From positions 224,001 through 288,000 of the IMG/VR virus record IMGVR_UViG_3300037484_000435: a stretch of DNA of 64,000 bases. One strand, given 5' to 3'. Under the pieces are notes generated by a model. The model ran no database searches and had not been told where the DNA came from. It was given only the letters and a program-made list of their open reading frames with translations. This DNA comes from a virus (Duplodnaviria > Caudoviricetes). Both the position numbers and the translations under genes were made by a program. Positions 43,801 to 53,080 of this stretch are shown here, piece by piece (the first letter of the stretch is position 1; each line of letters starts with the position of its first letter).

Positions 43801-46800
43801 AATAATATCCAGAATGACCATATCCCATTGATTCCCAGATGTAGTATAGTTAATATAATCCGAATCGCTTGAAGTCTGTAATGGAACTACTACACTCGGG
43901 TTACCGCCGAAAGTTACTACGGACGGTGTACAGAGTAGAGACCAATCCGTAATCCCCACATGATAAGGGTAAACTTTTATTCCACTAACAGAGGGTGAAC
44001 TCCTAAATGTGTGGGCTATAGAAAGGTCACCGGAACCCACAGATTGAAAATCTCCATGAGTGAGTGATTCCACACCACTTGCACTAACAGAGGTCCACGA
44101 AAACTGGTCATCCCGTGAAAGAGATGTGTCTACAAATTCTTCTTGTTCAATGAATGTCCTTATATAAGGTATATATTTTCCAACAGTGTATATCCCAGAG
44201 ATTGTGGTGCTGTAGTTCCCTGATACTGAAGGAATTACGGGCACGTCTGAGAAATGTAAACTAGATATATTTATGCCTGTAGCACAAGTAGTTGACCCAT
44301 AAATATTAATACCATAATATTGGTACGCTTTGGTATTCAACAAATTATTCCACATTACTTCAGGGACCTCGTCCTTCTCGTAATAAACTATCCGGACTCG
44401 AACCACCCCTTGTGTATCTGGTACAATTGCATTGGTGCCAAGATATAAATCAAGATTAGCAAAATTATTTGTTCCTGACCAACTCATCACTATACCGCTA
44501 CCAGCAAATTGTGAAGATACTAGGGAGTTTCCGTCTCCCAACAAGGAATACGTAGGAGAACTTCTAAAAGCTATTTTCGGCTCATTAACTATACCAGGTG
44601 AATTTGGAATTGATATCCTGTCACCAACCTGATTTCCTAATCGATAGTACACCCCATATTGTCTTTGTGTATTTCCTGCGAAACCGACAAGAGTTTGACC
44701 AGTACCCAAATATAAACCGGGTTCCCAAAAAGCCCCAGAAGCAGGGATTAAATAAGGTTCAGGTAAATGGTACCAGTAGTTTCCTGTGCCTGGATGTGTA
44801 ATACCAGAGCAAATATTAAATATACTGTTTACTGAGGCATCCCAATGAAATACTGCTTTATAGGTAATACCTGTAATTGGGACTGAACTATACATCCCTA
44901 TATCAGAAATATAAGTTCCCCCCGGAATGCCCGTAGGATTGCCCTGAAATACATATGTGTAATCCCCGCTAATCCAATAGTTAGCAAACCCCCAAGTAGT
45001 AGGGATATCTAATTGCTTACTATACCATCCACCTTTACAAGGGCTATCTACACCCAAGTAAACTTCTAAACGTTCAATACTATCTCTAAGGGTAAAGAGT
45101 TTCCTAGGAAAGGTTCCACTAATAGTAATTAAGAACTCTTCCTCTTTTCTAATAAGTGGAGCAGAGGGTGGCGGAACATAATCATATACCTCTGATAATA
45201 TTTTCCATCCCTCCTCTGGGTCCAAAGCATCTAAACCATACTTAACTTCTGGTCCCAGCAACGGGGTATCTACGGATGACCTTATACCGAAACGAGTAAG
45301 ACAAACTCGTCTTCCAAAATCAACAACTATTTTTCCCGGTGCTTCCAAAGTGGTTGCTTTAGCAAAGTATAGACCGTCCTGATTAAGGGTAGGATACTTT
45401 AACCGATACATATTAAACACTTCTTCATCAGTCAAATACTTATTAAAATGCATTACATTATCTAAAGAGAATTCCCCCTTAACTCCATCAGAACCCTTAA
45501 GAGGTAAACCAAAATACATACAGTTTGCTTGGTCACGCTCAGTATAGTGTATGTCTGTGGGGTCTACCATAATAACCGAGTCGGAAGGATAAACATCTGA
45601 ATAGAGATTACTAGAGTATATATCAGGAGCACCATCCACCCATACTTTCATACTACCATCAGATTTAAAAGCATAGGCTATATGATGCCACACCTGATTG
45701 GGCCAACGATAACGACCAGTGACAATTGCTTTACCATAATTCCCAAAAACTAAACGACTCTGATAATAGCACTCTTTAGGCTGTAAATACGGATAGGGAG
45801 AATCATTAAATAATAAGTCTTGATAATAAGAAATATGCCAAACTCCTGGTATGGCCCCATAGGAAACCCAGCCACCCATAATATCATAATAAGCAGTATA
45901 TCCTACATCTACAGTATGACCTGGCTTAAACCAAAACGCTACTGTATATTCGGTCAACCGAGAGGGCAATGTAAATCGTATGTTTCGTTCTTCATCTGAA
46001 TTATCATCACTAATATACGCACACCTTCCAACCTTTCCCACATTACTAAGAACTGGCCCCACCCTAGTAGCTATTACATTATTCCCAGATAAATCATCAT
46101 AATCCCCCTCTTCCTCATCTAACGTATGCCAAGCCATTATATTAGAGTTACCCAACTCCACGACAGTAAAGGGTATATCTTCTGGATTCTCTGGGTCATA
46201 TTTAAAAATAACTTCTGGCGTTGGGCACACAGTATTTAGATTATTCTCCCCATGGTAAAAGTAGGAACCAGGAGAAGGCTCGCTCGCACCATAAGAAGTA
46301 AAAGTATTATATATTTCCTTTACTGCCCTGTGCACACCAGGATGATAAAGCATCTCTATTGAGGCTGGGTCTATCCCACTCCCGACAATCCTCTGTATAA
46401 CATTATAAGGTTCTTCCACAATATGATAAGATTGATAAGATTTATTTATCAATAATTCCATCTCAGCTAAACTTGAATATCCTGTAGCAAAATTAGAGTG
46501 GCACGGGTCAAAACGAAAGTATCTATAGCTATCAACGTAATCGTCAAAATAAACCCAAGGCAACTTCGTAGCATTCGTTCTTGGTGCAAGAAAACCATCA
46601 TCAAAATACAATTCGTCCCACCCATCAGAAGATAATAGGTTCCGAGGAGAATTAGAACCACCTATCGTAATCATCGTGGGAAAATGTTCTAGATAGTAGT
46701 TGTAGCTACTTCCGGTCTGAAAACGAAAAGCATTAATATAGGAGGGCTCGTCAAAGCGAAGCATAAAGTAAAGGTGTTGTGTTTCATCCAGTTTACGATA

Positions 46801-49800
46801 GCTATAGAAAAAGGTACTTGGGTCCCCATCCATCAAATGCTGAGCAAAGTGGGTAGCTTCAAAACTGGCGGACCCTGAAATAGTATAGGGCCAAGCATTA
46901 TAAGTGTCACCACGAGAATCCTCAAAATAAAAAGTATAGGTAGTAATACCTTGTGTATCTGGGACTATTGGTGTCGCGGGGCGGTACAGGTAAACTGCAC
47001 TCGCTGTTGTGAACGGTCCTAAAGTTGTTCCCCCGACATACTGGTGGCCATCAGTCCCAGGACTAAACGCAGGATACATGATATCATGGTCTGTATCTGT
47101 ACCGACTGTGAAGTAAGTAGAATAACGAACAGCCAAATGGGGGCGTTGTGTACTATGCAGGGGTAAATTTATATTGGTTCCAGTGTAATCACCGTATTGA
47201 TATGAAACTAACTGAGCACCAGTATAATCACCCATCATTCTAGGAAAGTTAGGTTGATACCAACCCAGATGATAAGTAGCCCCATCACTAGGAATTTCGT
47301 AGGGGTTAGTAAGTTTAAACCAGCGGAAGCCACCACCAGAATGTGTAAAAGTCGCGATGTCCCATATGTCATACCACTCCCCACCCACATTCCTGTCTTT
47401 AAAGATACGAAAGGAAATATTACTGGCTAGGTCGGAATCAACTCCCACATAAGCAATAGCCTTACCATTATCAAGATTCCAGTGGCGGTCAACAATCGTC
47501 CAAAAACTATTAGAGTAGGTCCCAGAAGCGGTATCAGGATTACCATCAACCTCAACATACCCACCCTGAGTTCCTGACACAGATGTAATCACCATCCCTG
47601 TAACTTGGTAATATGCAGGTAAGTCTAACAACTTAACAGGATAAGATGCCTCGGAATAGGTTACGGTTTCGGTATAGGAATTCCCCTCAGCAGTCTCGAT
47701 AGACATACCAGAGAGTTCCATATTGTAGGTAGACCCTCCCCAAACGGAAGAAACTTGTAGGCGATAATTCAAGGCTGAACTAGGAAGGTCATCAAAAGCC
47801 ATATATTGAACTACAAGCGGTAAAATTAAATCAGTTCTATAACTTCCCAAAGTCACCGTACCCGTTGGTCCGGGGGAAGGTATAACACCTAAATTTGCGT
47901 ATCGAAAATTTTTACCAGAAGACGTCCGTTGCAGAGAGGATAAGCTAGAGACACCTCTCCAAATCCCAACATAGTAATTACCAACCGCAGGCACCTTAAG
48001 TGGGGCTGAAAGAGTAGTCCAATGCAAACCATCACTCGGATGATTAATTGGGCCAATATCACTAACTTCCCACGTTAAGTCATTAATATTTTTACATAGT
48101 TTAAACCTAGCTTCCCCAGGGGTCCCAAGACAGTTTAGCCCTATCTTGTCAATCACATAACCATTATCTAGTGGTATTGTAAGGTCCACAAATAATACAT
48201 TATTGTCACTTATTGCGTTAGTATTCCCAGCAACAAGATTACCCTCTATCCGTCTTACACTATCCTCGGGAGAATAAGGTATAGTAATTGTTGGACCAGT
48301 TACGGCCTCACCACCACTAGGTAGGTCCCCTCCAGGTTTGTCGTAATCTACTTGTGTTAACTTTATCCAATCCGCATCAACATCCAAACGCGGAGTTCCC
48401 GATGTAGAAGCCCACAACGATACTGTTTTTGGGGATACTAGCCTGTGTGCTAAATTTTGACTCCCCACAGTTACAGAGTCTTTCACAGCGGTCAAATTGA
48501 ACGCAGTTATCTGAACAGGTTTAGACCTATAATCAATCCCTATGTTGACCACCCCAGAAGACATGGGGTATTTACTTACATATTGTGAGTAAGTAGTCCC
48601 GTCAAATAAGTAACGGGCATCAAAACCTTGTTTAGCTTCCAGTATGGTAAATCCTATGTTGGAGCCAGAATCATCGGAAAACTCCAATTTACCCAGACGG
48701 ACACAGCAAGTGTTGTCTCCGTAGATTGAATTTACTTTTAGTCGGTAGTGGTAGTAAGCTCCAGACGCCGTAATCCCCATAAAGTCAGAATATCTATTGG
48801 GTGCAATTGGCAATACACAAACACCAGAAGTCAAAAATGTCCAGTGGGATTCATTTTCTAAAGAAGGGCTCGTAAGGTTTGAAGCAGAAACTTCTACATT
48901 GTGTGGAAATTCTATGTCCCAATAATAATAGTTAGACGAAGACTTGATGCGGAGTTTATTAAAGGTACGTTGCTCCGTCATACCCAAACCTATTATAACT
49001 GGGCCTTTATCTATAGGCCTACCACTGTGAAATTCTACAGAAGAGTCAATATCAAAAGCATAGGTTGCTTCCTTCCCTGGTTGGCACGTATTCTCTGTCA
49101 CCCAATATAAGCCACTTGGGGCTGTTTCCATGTAATTAGTAGTGAGGTAATAGCTGGGCTCAGAAAACTCTACCACAGAGCCTACCTGCACATCTGGGGC
49201 ATAACTCGTGGGAGTGTTAACTGTAATCAATTGTGTAGCATAAGCATCAGGGGAAACTATTTCGACCGTATGTTTTTCTGTCACGCCAAAGAAATCTGGT
49301 AAAGCATATTTAACATTGTAAAGTTTATTATAGAAACTTGTTCCTGTGAGAGTAACCCAGTCACTAATTTGTAAACCATTATTGGTGGCTGGAAAAATAA
49401 CTAAGTCAGACTTACGCACCTCTATGTTCTTTAATAAAACCACACCAGATTGAGAAGTAAAATCGCTCACCACTACAGTCTGTTCGTCATATGATGCAAA
49501 TTTAGGTAGTTCAAAATATCTATAATCTGTGTAGCCACTTAACCTAGAAAGTGCTCCCGAACTCTCGTCTATATCAGAAGCAATTAGGATATCTAGGTCT
49601 GCTGGAACTGTAACATTCAACCAGTCTGAAGTTAAAATGTTGTATCCACCTGAGATGGTGCACCCTCGTTGACCATCAAATAAGAACTCTTGCGGTGTTG
49701 CTGTACCAACAGGATTATAAGCAATACCCTTAATTGTTATTCCTTCTAACAGCGATTCTATCACACCATTGGAGACCAGCCCCACCCCAAATTGTGGGTA

Positions 49801-52800
49801 ACAACCACTAACCATTAAAGTCAAGTAGTCGGCTTGCGGAATACTTTGTAACTGGGTGGATGTCATTCTATTAGACCCTGCTGAAAAAGCATGCCACAAT
49901 GCCTTTCTGGCATTATTCTCGTCCGCAGTTCGCCAAAACTCTCTGTAGTATTTCCATACCCCACCGTCGTTCTTCGCTATCGTTTTCCAATGGTCCTGCT
50001 CATAGATCGACCAAGTCAAGCCACCGTCAAATGAGAGGGAATAATAAGCAGTAGAATTTTCACGCATGTGCTCGTTAGGAAGCACTTGGTGCACCTTATC
50101 AAAGAATATTGTAGAGTTCACTATGGCTGGGAATAAGCCGGGGGAAGTTCTGTGCTCACAAAAATCCAACTCGCAAATATGAGTGGATTCTGTACCGACA
50201 GGGGAACACATTTTGTTGTAGACATAAGGTTTTACCCAGACGTCATAAACTAGCAATCTGTAATAACGATAAAGCTCTAAAGTAGGATAATCAAACCAAT
50301 CTCCCACCGCACACGTTCCTGGGATTTGTCTATCTGGAGGATACTGGGAGGGGGCAAACAAATCAGGGTCATAATCAATAACTTGTTCTAGAGTTACCCA
50401 ACTAGATTCAACGTCTGGAGTATTCGATGCTTGGAATTTCCAACTCTTTGGTTTAGAACACGCGGGGTCCGGACACCCATAAGTGCCGCACAATACTGTT
50501 TGAACCCACATCCTATACTTACTGAATACTTTGGGACTCCCCAAATCAAACCCAAATTTCACAGGCATAGGACCACGATAGCATAAATCAATCCACGGAC
50601 ATTCATCTTTGATTAAACACTCCCATGGCTGAGACATACGGCGATCGAAGAATTTAGCTGTGCCTTCCCAACCAGTCCAGTCACCTTCGAATTCTGGGTC
50701 TTGTGCTTCACATACCACGAAGAAACTCCCAGCCCATTTCTCTGACGATCTAGTAACATACGCCCGCCCAGGGTCATCTAACTCATACCCAAGATTCATA
50801 AATCCCAAAATTGAGGTTCTGGATTTAAATACTAAATTGCCAGAAGAAAAGTCGGGCATACTAGACTCATACTCTGGGGTAATAGAGGGACCGGGAGTAC
50901 TGCTTAAATAACCTGACTCGTCATAAAGAACATCATATATGGATGTTATTTCTGTGTTCTCTTCTATAATGGAAAGTTCAACACTTCCGTAACCTTTACC
51001 ATAGCTATTGTAATCAATTATGTAACCTGTGTGCCCGTTGAGAAAATTAATCTGAGTATACGCAACAACATCACGAGCATCTTGTTTGGCACCATAATCA
51101 TCTATCTGAGGTCCAATAGATATAATCTTTCGAATCTTCGCTGATGGTGTAAAAGTCTCTTCATCATAAATACCCCACACCACTACTATATGTGCCGTAC
51201 TAAAAGTTAACACAATATACTGGCCATCGTAAAATTCGGTACCCTCAACTGTAATATAATCCCCCGGAACTAAGCCGTGATTGGTACAACGAAACCCAAT
51301 AACATTCGCGTCATACATGATGGCCTCTTGCCCGTCATCAAAGTCCACCTCTGGCCCCTCAAAATGCCCGTAATGTTGTGACTTCTCAATTACTAAATTA
51401 TCTATCAAGTCTATATCGGTGGGGGTTATATTCTGGAGATTAACGCCGGTAACAATACCATCATTTTTCCACCTAACAATAGGTCCTTTTATATTCCTTT
51501 GTTCAAAAGAAGAATTAGTCTGAAAGTCTAAAGTTACTACAGTGGACGTCGCGGGCATATAAGACATATTACGAATGACAATATCTTCATCCGTACTCTG
51601 CAGGGTAACTCGAATACCATCGTTGGTAGAGGTTACCTCGGTTCCAGGTATAAGTTGTCTAATTGCGTAACCTTGCTTATTCGTAATAGGGTCTGGTGTA
51701 CCGACACCTGCCCACACCTCGTCTTGAATCCATGTGCCCGAGATTGTTTGACCAACATCTAACAGGATTGGGTCTCCCTCAAAGTGTCCGCATTTACCTA
51801 TATCTGAAACCCAATGGCGTATATCTCCCCTTACAGCATGGTCTTGTACATGGTCTGAATCAAAAAGTGTGGAAGAAACAGTAATGTTTATCGGAGCAAT
51901 AGACACGTGTGAAAGAGAGACGGGTCCGTCCTGTGCCCCAGAAAGAGTTAGACTAACATGGCTTGTTTCTGGTAAACCAGAAGGTTGTCTAATAATCTGT
52001 CTAATAGATTGATTTGTTAAATCTCTGCTTTCTGGCAAACTTATTTCAGGAGTAGTGTGATAATCGGCTGATACTAAATTAACCGTCTCAGCAGTCAACA
52101 GAGGAATAGGTTCGGACTCAAAGTAGCCGATATTTCCTTCTAGTTGCTCCCAATAAGCAATTACACCTTTTACATCTTCCCGTTCTATTCGTGCTACATC
52201 ATCAAAGTAAACTGTATGAGGAATCTGCTCTTTTGTGAAACTAGGAAAAGTTATTGCTTCTACATATTCTATTTTTTCTAGATTTATGTAATTAGCCCAC
52301 CCTGCTAAAATATCAAACAAATAATAACGGTAACGCTGGTCATTGTAAAAAGTAAACCAAATAGACCAGACACCATCAAAATTGGGAGCACCCAACCAGT
52401 ATTGATCATTTCTTATATCCAAATCAACCCAATTAATATTATCATTACTGGCCCGCAATACCCAACTTCGAATAGGACGGTTGGGATTCCACCAAGTTTT
52501 ATATCTATACTTATTAATACACTTAGGGTTATTTACTCCACAATCTACTTTAATCCACCCAGTGTAGTCTTGGGGATCCCACCCAGCTGGCATTGCTGGT
52601 TGACTAAAAATCTGATAGTCTAAGGAATGATTCCTACTAGTGCTTACTACATAAGGTGCAGGAGCAGTGTTACTAGTCATAGTAGGAACCGCTCTAGTAG
52701 TGCTGGTATTCTTTGACCCGTCTCCCATAAAAACACCAGTGACAGTAGTTAATAAATAGGTAGGCTGTTCAATTGCAAGGCCCGTAAGAAGATAGTTAGT

Positions 52801-53052
52801 ATTAGTATTACCAAAGTAACATCTTAGGGCCCCTAAAAAAACAGAACCGCTCACTGTGACCTCTAGGCAAGTATATTGCCCAGAAGCCAGAGTAAAAGCG
52901 GTTACATCGTAGTTATTATTTTTGAGAGCATTAAGCTCATCTGTAGTTAGTGATTTATAGGTATAGAAACTCCAGTAAGGCCATGGAGCATAAGCATCGT
53001 TACCTGGTATACATGTTAAAGTTCCACTTTCGGTTAAATAATTTCGTAACAT
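37888..53052 (-). CDS. Giant modular fibre/adhesin protein (5054 aa): multiple discoidin, DUF4082-like, LamG and FCCH-like modules plus the conserved C-terminal core
   Basis: A 15.2-kb ORF. It has an intact LamG (AWHTLDE...EYTVAFWFKP...WHHIAY...LDNVMHFNKYLT), about 6 discoidin-like repeats, and a C-terminal core ending LLIWWPRE. Confidence 0.85.
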   Translation of the reverse strand: MLRNYLTESGTLTCIPGNDAYAPWPYWSFYTYKSLTTDELNALKNNNYDVTAFTLASGQYTCLEVTVSGSVFLGALRCYFGNTNTNYLLTGLAIEQPTYLLTTVTGVFMGDGSKNTSTTRAVPTMTSNTAPAPYVVSTSRNHSLDYQIFSQPAMPAGWDPQDYTGWIKVDCGVNNPKCINKYRYKTWWNPNRPIRSWVLRASNDNINWVDLDIRNDQYWLGAPNFDGVWSIWFTFYNDQRYRYYLFDILAGWANYINLEKIEYVEAITFPSFTKEQIPHTVYFDDVARIEREDVKGVIAYWEQLEGNIGYFESEPIPLLTAETVNLVSADYHTTPEISLPESRDLTNQSIRQIIRQPSGLPETSHVSLTLSGAQDGPVSLSHVSIAPINITVSSTLFDSDHVQDHAVRGDIRHWVSDIGKCGHFEGDPILLDVGQTISGTWIQDEVWAGVGTPDPITNKQGYAIRQLIPGTEVTSTNDGIRVTLQSTDEDIVIRNMSYMPATSTVVTLDFQTNSSFEQRNIKGPIVRWKNDGIVTGVNLQNITPTDIDLIDNLVIEKSQHYGHFEGPEVDFDDGQEAIMYDANVIGFRCTNHGLVPGDYITVEGTEFYDGQYIVLTFSTAHIVVVWGIYDEETFTPSAKIRKIISIGPQIDDYGAKQDARDVVAYTQINFLNGHTGYIIDYNSYGKGYGSVELSIIEENTEITSIYDVLYDESGYLSSTPGPSITPEYESSMPDFSSGNLVFKSRTSILGFMNLGYELDDPGRAYVTRSSEKWAGSFFVVCEAQDPEFEGDWTGWEGTAKFFDRRMSQPWECLIKDECPWIDLCYRGPMPVKFGFDLGSPKVFSKYRMWVQTVLCGTYGCPDPACSKPKSWKFQASNTPDVESSWVTLEQVIDYDPDLFAPSQYPPDRQIPGTCAVGDWFDYPTLELYRYYRLLVYDVWVKPYVYNKMCSPVGTESTHICELDFCEHRTSPGLFPAIVNSTIFFDKVHQVLPNEHMRENSTAYYSLSFDGGLTWSIYEQDHWKTIAKNDGGVWKYYREFWRTADENNARKALWHAFSAGSNRMTSTQLQSIPQADYLTLMVSGCYPQFGVGLVSNGVIESLLEGITIKGIAYNPVGTATPQEFLFDGQRGCTISGGYNILTSDWLNVTVPADLDILIASDIDESSGALSRLSGYTDYRYFELPKFASYDEQTVVVSDFTSQSGVVLLKNIEVRKSDLVIFPATNNGLQISDWVTLTGTSFYNKLYNVKYALPDFFGVTEKHTVEIVSPDAYATQLITVNTPTSYAPDVQVGSVVEFSEPSYYLTTNYMETAPSGLYWVTENTCQPGKEATYAFDIDSSVEFHSGRPIDKGPVIIGLGMTEQRTFNKLRIKSSSNYYYWDIEFPHNVEVSASNLTSPSLENESHWTFLTSGVCVLPIAPNRYSDFMGITASGAYYHYRLKVNSIYGDNTCCVRLGKLEFSDDSGSNIGFTILEAKQGFDARYLFDGTTYSQYVSKYPMSSGVVNIGIDYRSKPVQITAFNLTAVKDSVTVGSQNLAHRLVSPKTVSLWASTSGTPRLDVDADWIKLTQVDYDKPGGDLPSGGEAVTGPTITIPYSPEDSVRRIEGNLVAGNTNAISDNNVLFVDLTIPLDNGYVIDKIGLNCLGTPGEARFKLCKNINDLTWEVSDIGPINHPSDGLHWTTLSAPLKVPAVGNYYVGIWRGVSSLSSLQRTSSGKNFRYANLGVIPSPGPTGTVTLGSYRTDLILPLVVQYMAFDDLPSSALNYRLQVSSVWGGSTYNMELSGMSIETAEGNSYTETVTYSEASYPVKLLDLPAYYQVTGMVITSVSGTQGGYVEVDGNPDTASGTYSNSFWTIVDRHWNLDNGKAIAYVGVDSDLASNISFRIFKDRNVGGEWYDIWDIATFTHSGGGFRWFKLTNPYEIPSDGATYHLGWYQPNFPRMMGDYTGAQLVSYQYGDYTGTNINLPLHSTQRPHLAVRYSTYFTVGTDTDHDIMYPAFSPGTDGHQYVGGTTLGPFTTASAVYLYRPATPIVPDTQGITTYTFYFEDSRGDTYNAWPYTISGSASFEATHFAQHLMDGDPSTFFYSYRKLDETQHLYFMLRFDEPSYINAFRFQTGSSYNYYLEHFPTMITIGGSNSPRNLLSSDGWDELYFDDGFLAPRTNATKLPWVYFDDYVDSYRYFRFDPCHSNFATGYSSLAEMELLINKSYQSYHIVEEPYNVIQRIVGSGIDPASIEMLYHPGVHRAVKEIYNTFTSYGASEPSPGSYFYHGENNLNTVCPTPEVIFKYDPENPEDIPFTVVELGNSNIMAWHTLDEEEGDYDDLSGNNVIATRVGPVLSNVGKVGRCAYISDDNSDEERNIRFTLPSRLTEYTVAFWFKPGHTVDVGYTAYYDIMGGWVSYGAIPGVWHISYYQDLLFNDSPYPYLQPKECYYQSRLVFGNYGKAIVTGRYRWPNQVWHHIAYAFKSDGSMKVWVDGAPDIYSSNLYSDVYPSDSVIMVDPTDIHYTERDQANCMYFGLPLKGSDGVKGEFSLDNVMHFNKYLTDEEVFNMYRLKYPTLNQDGLYFAKATTLEAPGKIVVDFGRRVCLTRFGIRSSVDTPLLGPEVKYGLDALDPEEGWKILSEVYDYVPPPSAPLIRKEEEFLITISGTFPRKLFTLRDSIERLEVYLGVDSPCKGGWYSKQLDIPTTWGFANYWISGDYTYVFQGNPTGIPGGTYISDIGMYSSVPITGITYKAVFHWDASVNSIFNICSGITHPGTGNYWYHLPEPYLIPASGAFWEPGLYLGTGQTLVGFAGNTQRQYGVYYRLGNQVGDRISIPNSPGIVNEPKIAFRSSPTYSLLGDGNSLVSSQFAGSGIVMSWSGTNNFANLDLYLGTNAIVPDTQGVVRVRIVYYEKDEVPEVMWNNLLNTKAYQYYGINIYGSTTCATGINISSLHFSDVPVIPSVSGNYSTTISGIYTVGKYIPYIRTFIEQEEFVDTSLSRDDQFSWTSVSASGVESLTHGDFQSVGSGDLSIAHTFRSSPSVSGIKVYPYHVGITDWSLLCTPSVVTFGGNPSVVVPLQTSSDSDYINYTTSGNQWDMVILDIITGKVSWSPESPSGYLQDSGETYNLLTGGEYTPSGINILTYTTGRFNDSISIPVVTDTLSSGGLVDITDATYSGVFVLTAASGNRISLSAPLYSTSLSGGSFLRRIVPCPSSLLGNELSFTTQSGATVESSSEYQTIVSDVRGSQAIQSIHNLVSQSSGVALAFNKGFDDMVGGQAFKLDSLGMTSNTDPAPYSVHTDYNDVEELTFIITEKTDFPYKLMTITPGTIIDSVGVEIIDPARDAYQFDGDVSAGDVDGVNGQTYVDGSLVLGENKELTRIGFYTTSAVPLVFLIYEDCFNTPGLPIAYYKTLVTGTHLGNGLNYFDLPETFVVPEKHWRFRIAVSRTYQDAPLQKSIHTSVGSSLYYGDSVNFYGYPISSNPTYSSLAVWSNSKLAIQAGYRATFSVGYDSSHQDFFVPKFTAASGTQVAQQGPAGPYSIPRDIYMYFQGDTLKAINLKVTITKKKNIYKVLDGLSEDSVVLSDVVVDLGESGKFDGYRFFPGETVSGWGWSVYGATTIPYWTSISGNFSVIPSDYTWTSVFDLDSDYRYYAFKFDNQVQLRELQFTNRLSLSSGVACSATSSGTDWVYNYLGRIARIDVDSSEPSGTALYHAVTFDQGITYKVFDTDYWRPVIRDNAGQWEYYDTSWMTPPQNTKFSALRSIIDAGSYRFPSVELEQVEESEWHGAGAAANAGTLGFIQYFKGQNPYSPVLYGYHLHHITRSGGNDVSWLGSLVPSGYGYTVATQSGVTKKIDIPYRIDSGYETIYGRVETSKFRLYLANPSASGVPVSELAVLDVQLPDHPYYTEPFTYPTHLAPIMSSGVQIPELHDEHVRTGGIIIPENTAVDYEIREIPDDLGLFYGELRVYFTKGLDAPNVLSVAPEVTHLSGTASGTSFIPTSTSGLVILPYRELNDDHYSIYFWSGHPLATIAVRVGNNNPVGSGIVRVNELAIFPLDFDGGWNVPDVFNHLESADNKNVVNATVSGVIRMPPVPMTSYTTPSPYKVYSNADYGASYEPWRMFDYSDSTWWMPENFSFPRWCMIETGPESTSHRIFKYRLKPTFVLTDASAWCKSWVVEGSNDLVGWDLLDSVDNAVRPAEATWTSYYYIVKPNFYRYYRIVFTDSAGYKFRSLELDYQSDAWTNVQGAQQELSTPHLERLFNTSISGAIPLFPNRYVGVESNLNRFSAKSKEFRLYVDSNQNLNASLYTQVSGSVDWTQRNLTWSGAGYFYSPFDTETITATKVFCSNTASASGGYNSIRWLRAIQLINTGEDVAFGATGSGIGVADLPTIYARYEQIKVYNNNRTGTYANARVLPRFSNNYHLDRVVLISEDQVNWSHVDVGTNLPEDYSFGIGEFEGTNLAYDGAIELNSNTTSGHWISPVIEILDPSSTACYVYCENIAHDESYITKDFQSGMNIVEVRSSNTKPIHSFLVTGVDTSPTDGLQYPWKMVAFDSNGSDSSWPARGMYDPARLERGSLTAANSSPRRMWPYSSRLPLWQFYGFLDANRRGAISLGQEYGGNFDITEDGSNRNEDWYRAYYVWPQGVAIPSTDPASSQNLHIYPRTNAFLYPIFNKALRYTTRAEGGVNKGAFHFVDAILRTQPFYERFQEYYYADTLFHLRNLYSFQGSASTPESNTEIDYLYSFPGLIDALYTDGVRFGSCLDNHSDSFSYWVHYAHEYDNNNYYRTLLVTDERVEKEFTNIELKFNYVLEGAHDAPRGFWGLAERAVYWLEYEGGALSVRYSVSSDSLGKEFKLITFGNIDYNNNLWFVDLMTERVIRINFEDLQAGNQPVDYSRAIDGASSVYPDPYDGSAYVYVIRDPEFPTNDCVKIVHVGDYDYIVPETVCVVPGVSLIESYNVNLYGRSTTPQGYYTVLPQDVFWNDDTQWERYSAGSPTLPKGHYKQLKVTLRRRDLASASPRVRYIRIPKPALLNKIPWHGYRDLFIDTLSQDEDIDLASGDYTLDLLIWWPRE

Positions 53053-53080
53053 CCATTCCTGCCATTACCTTTCCATAAAG

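Noticed and set aside
17609-53052. Diversity-generating retroelement targets in the lectin-rich genes
   Set aside because: I saw no reverse transcriptase, no near-identical template/variable repeat pair differing at adenines, and no C-terminal CLec motif in the window.
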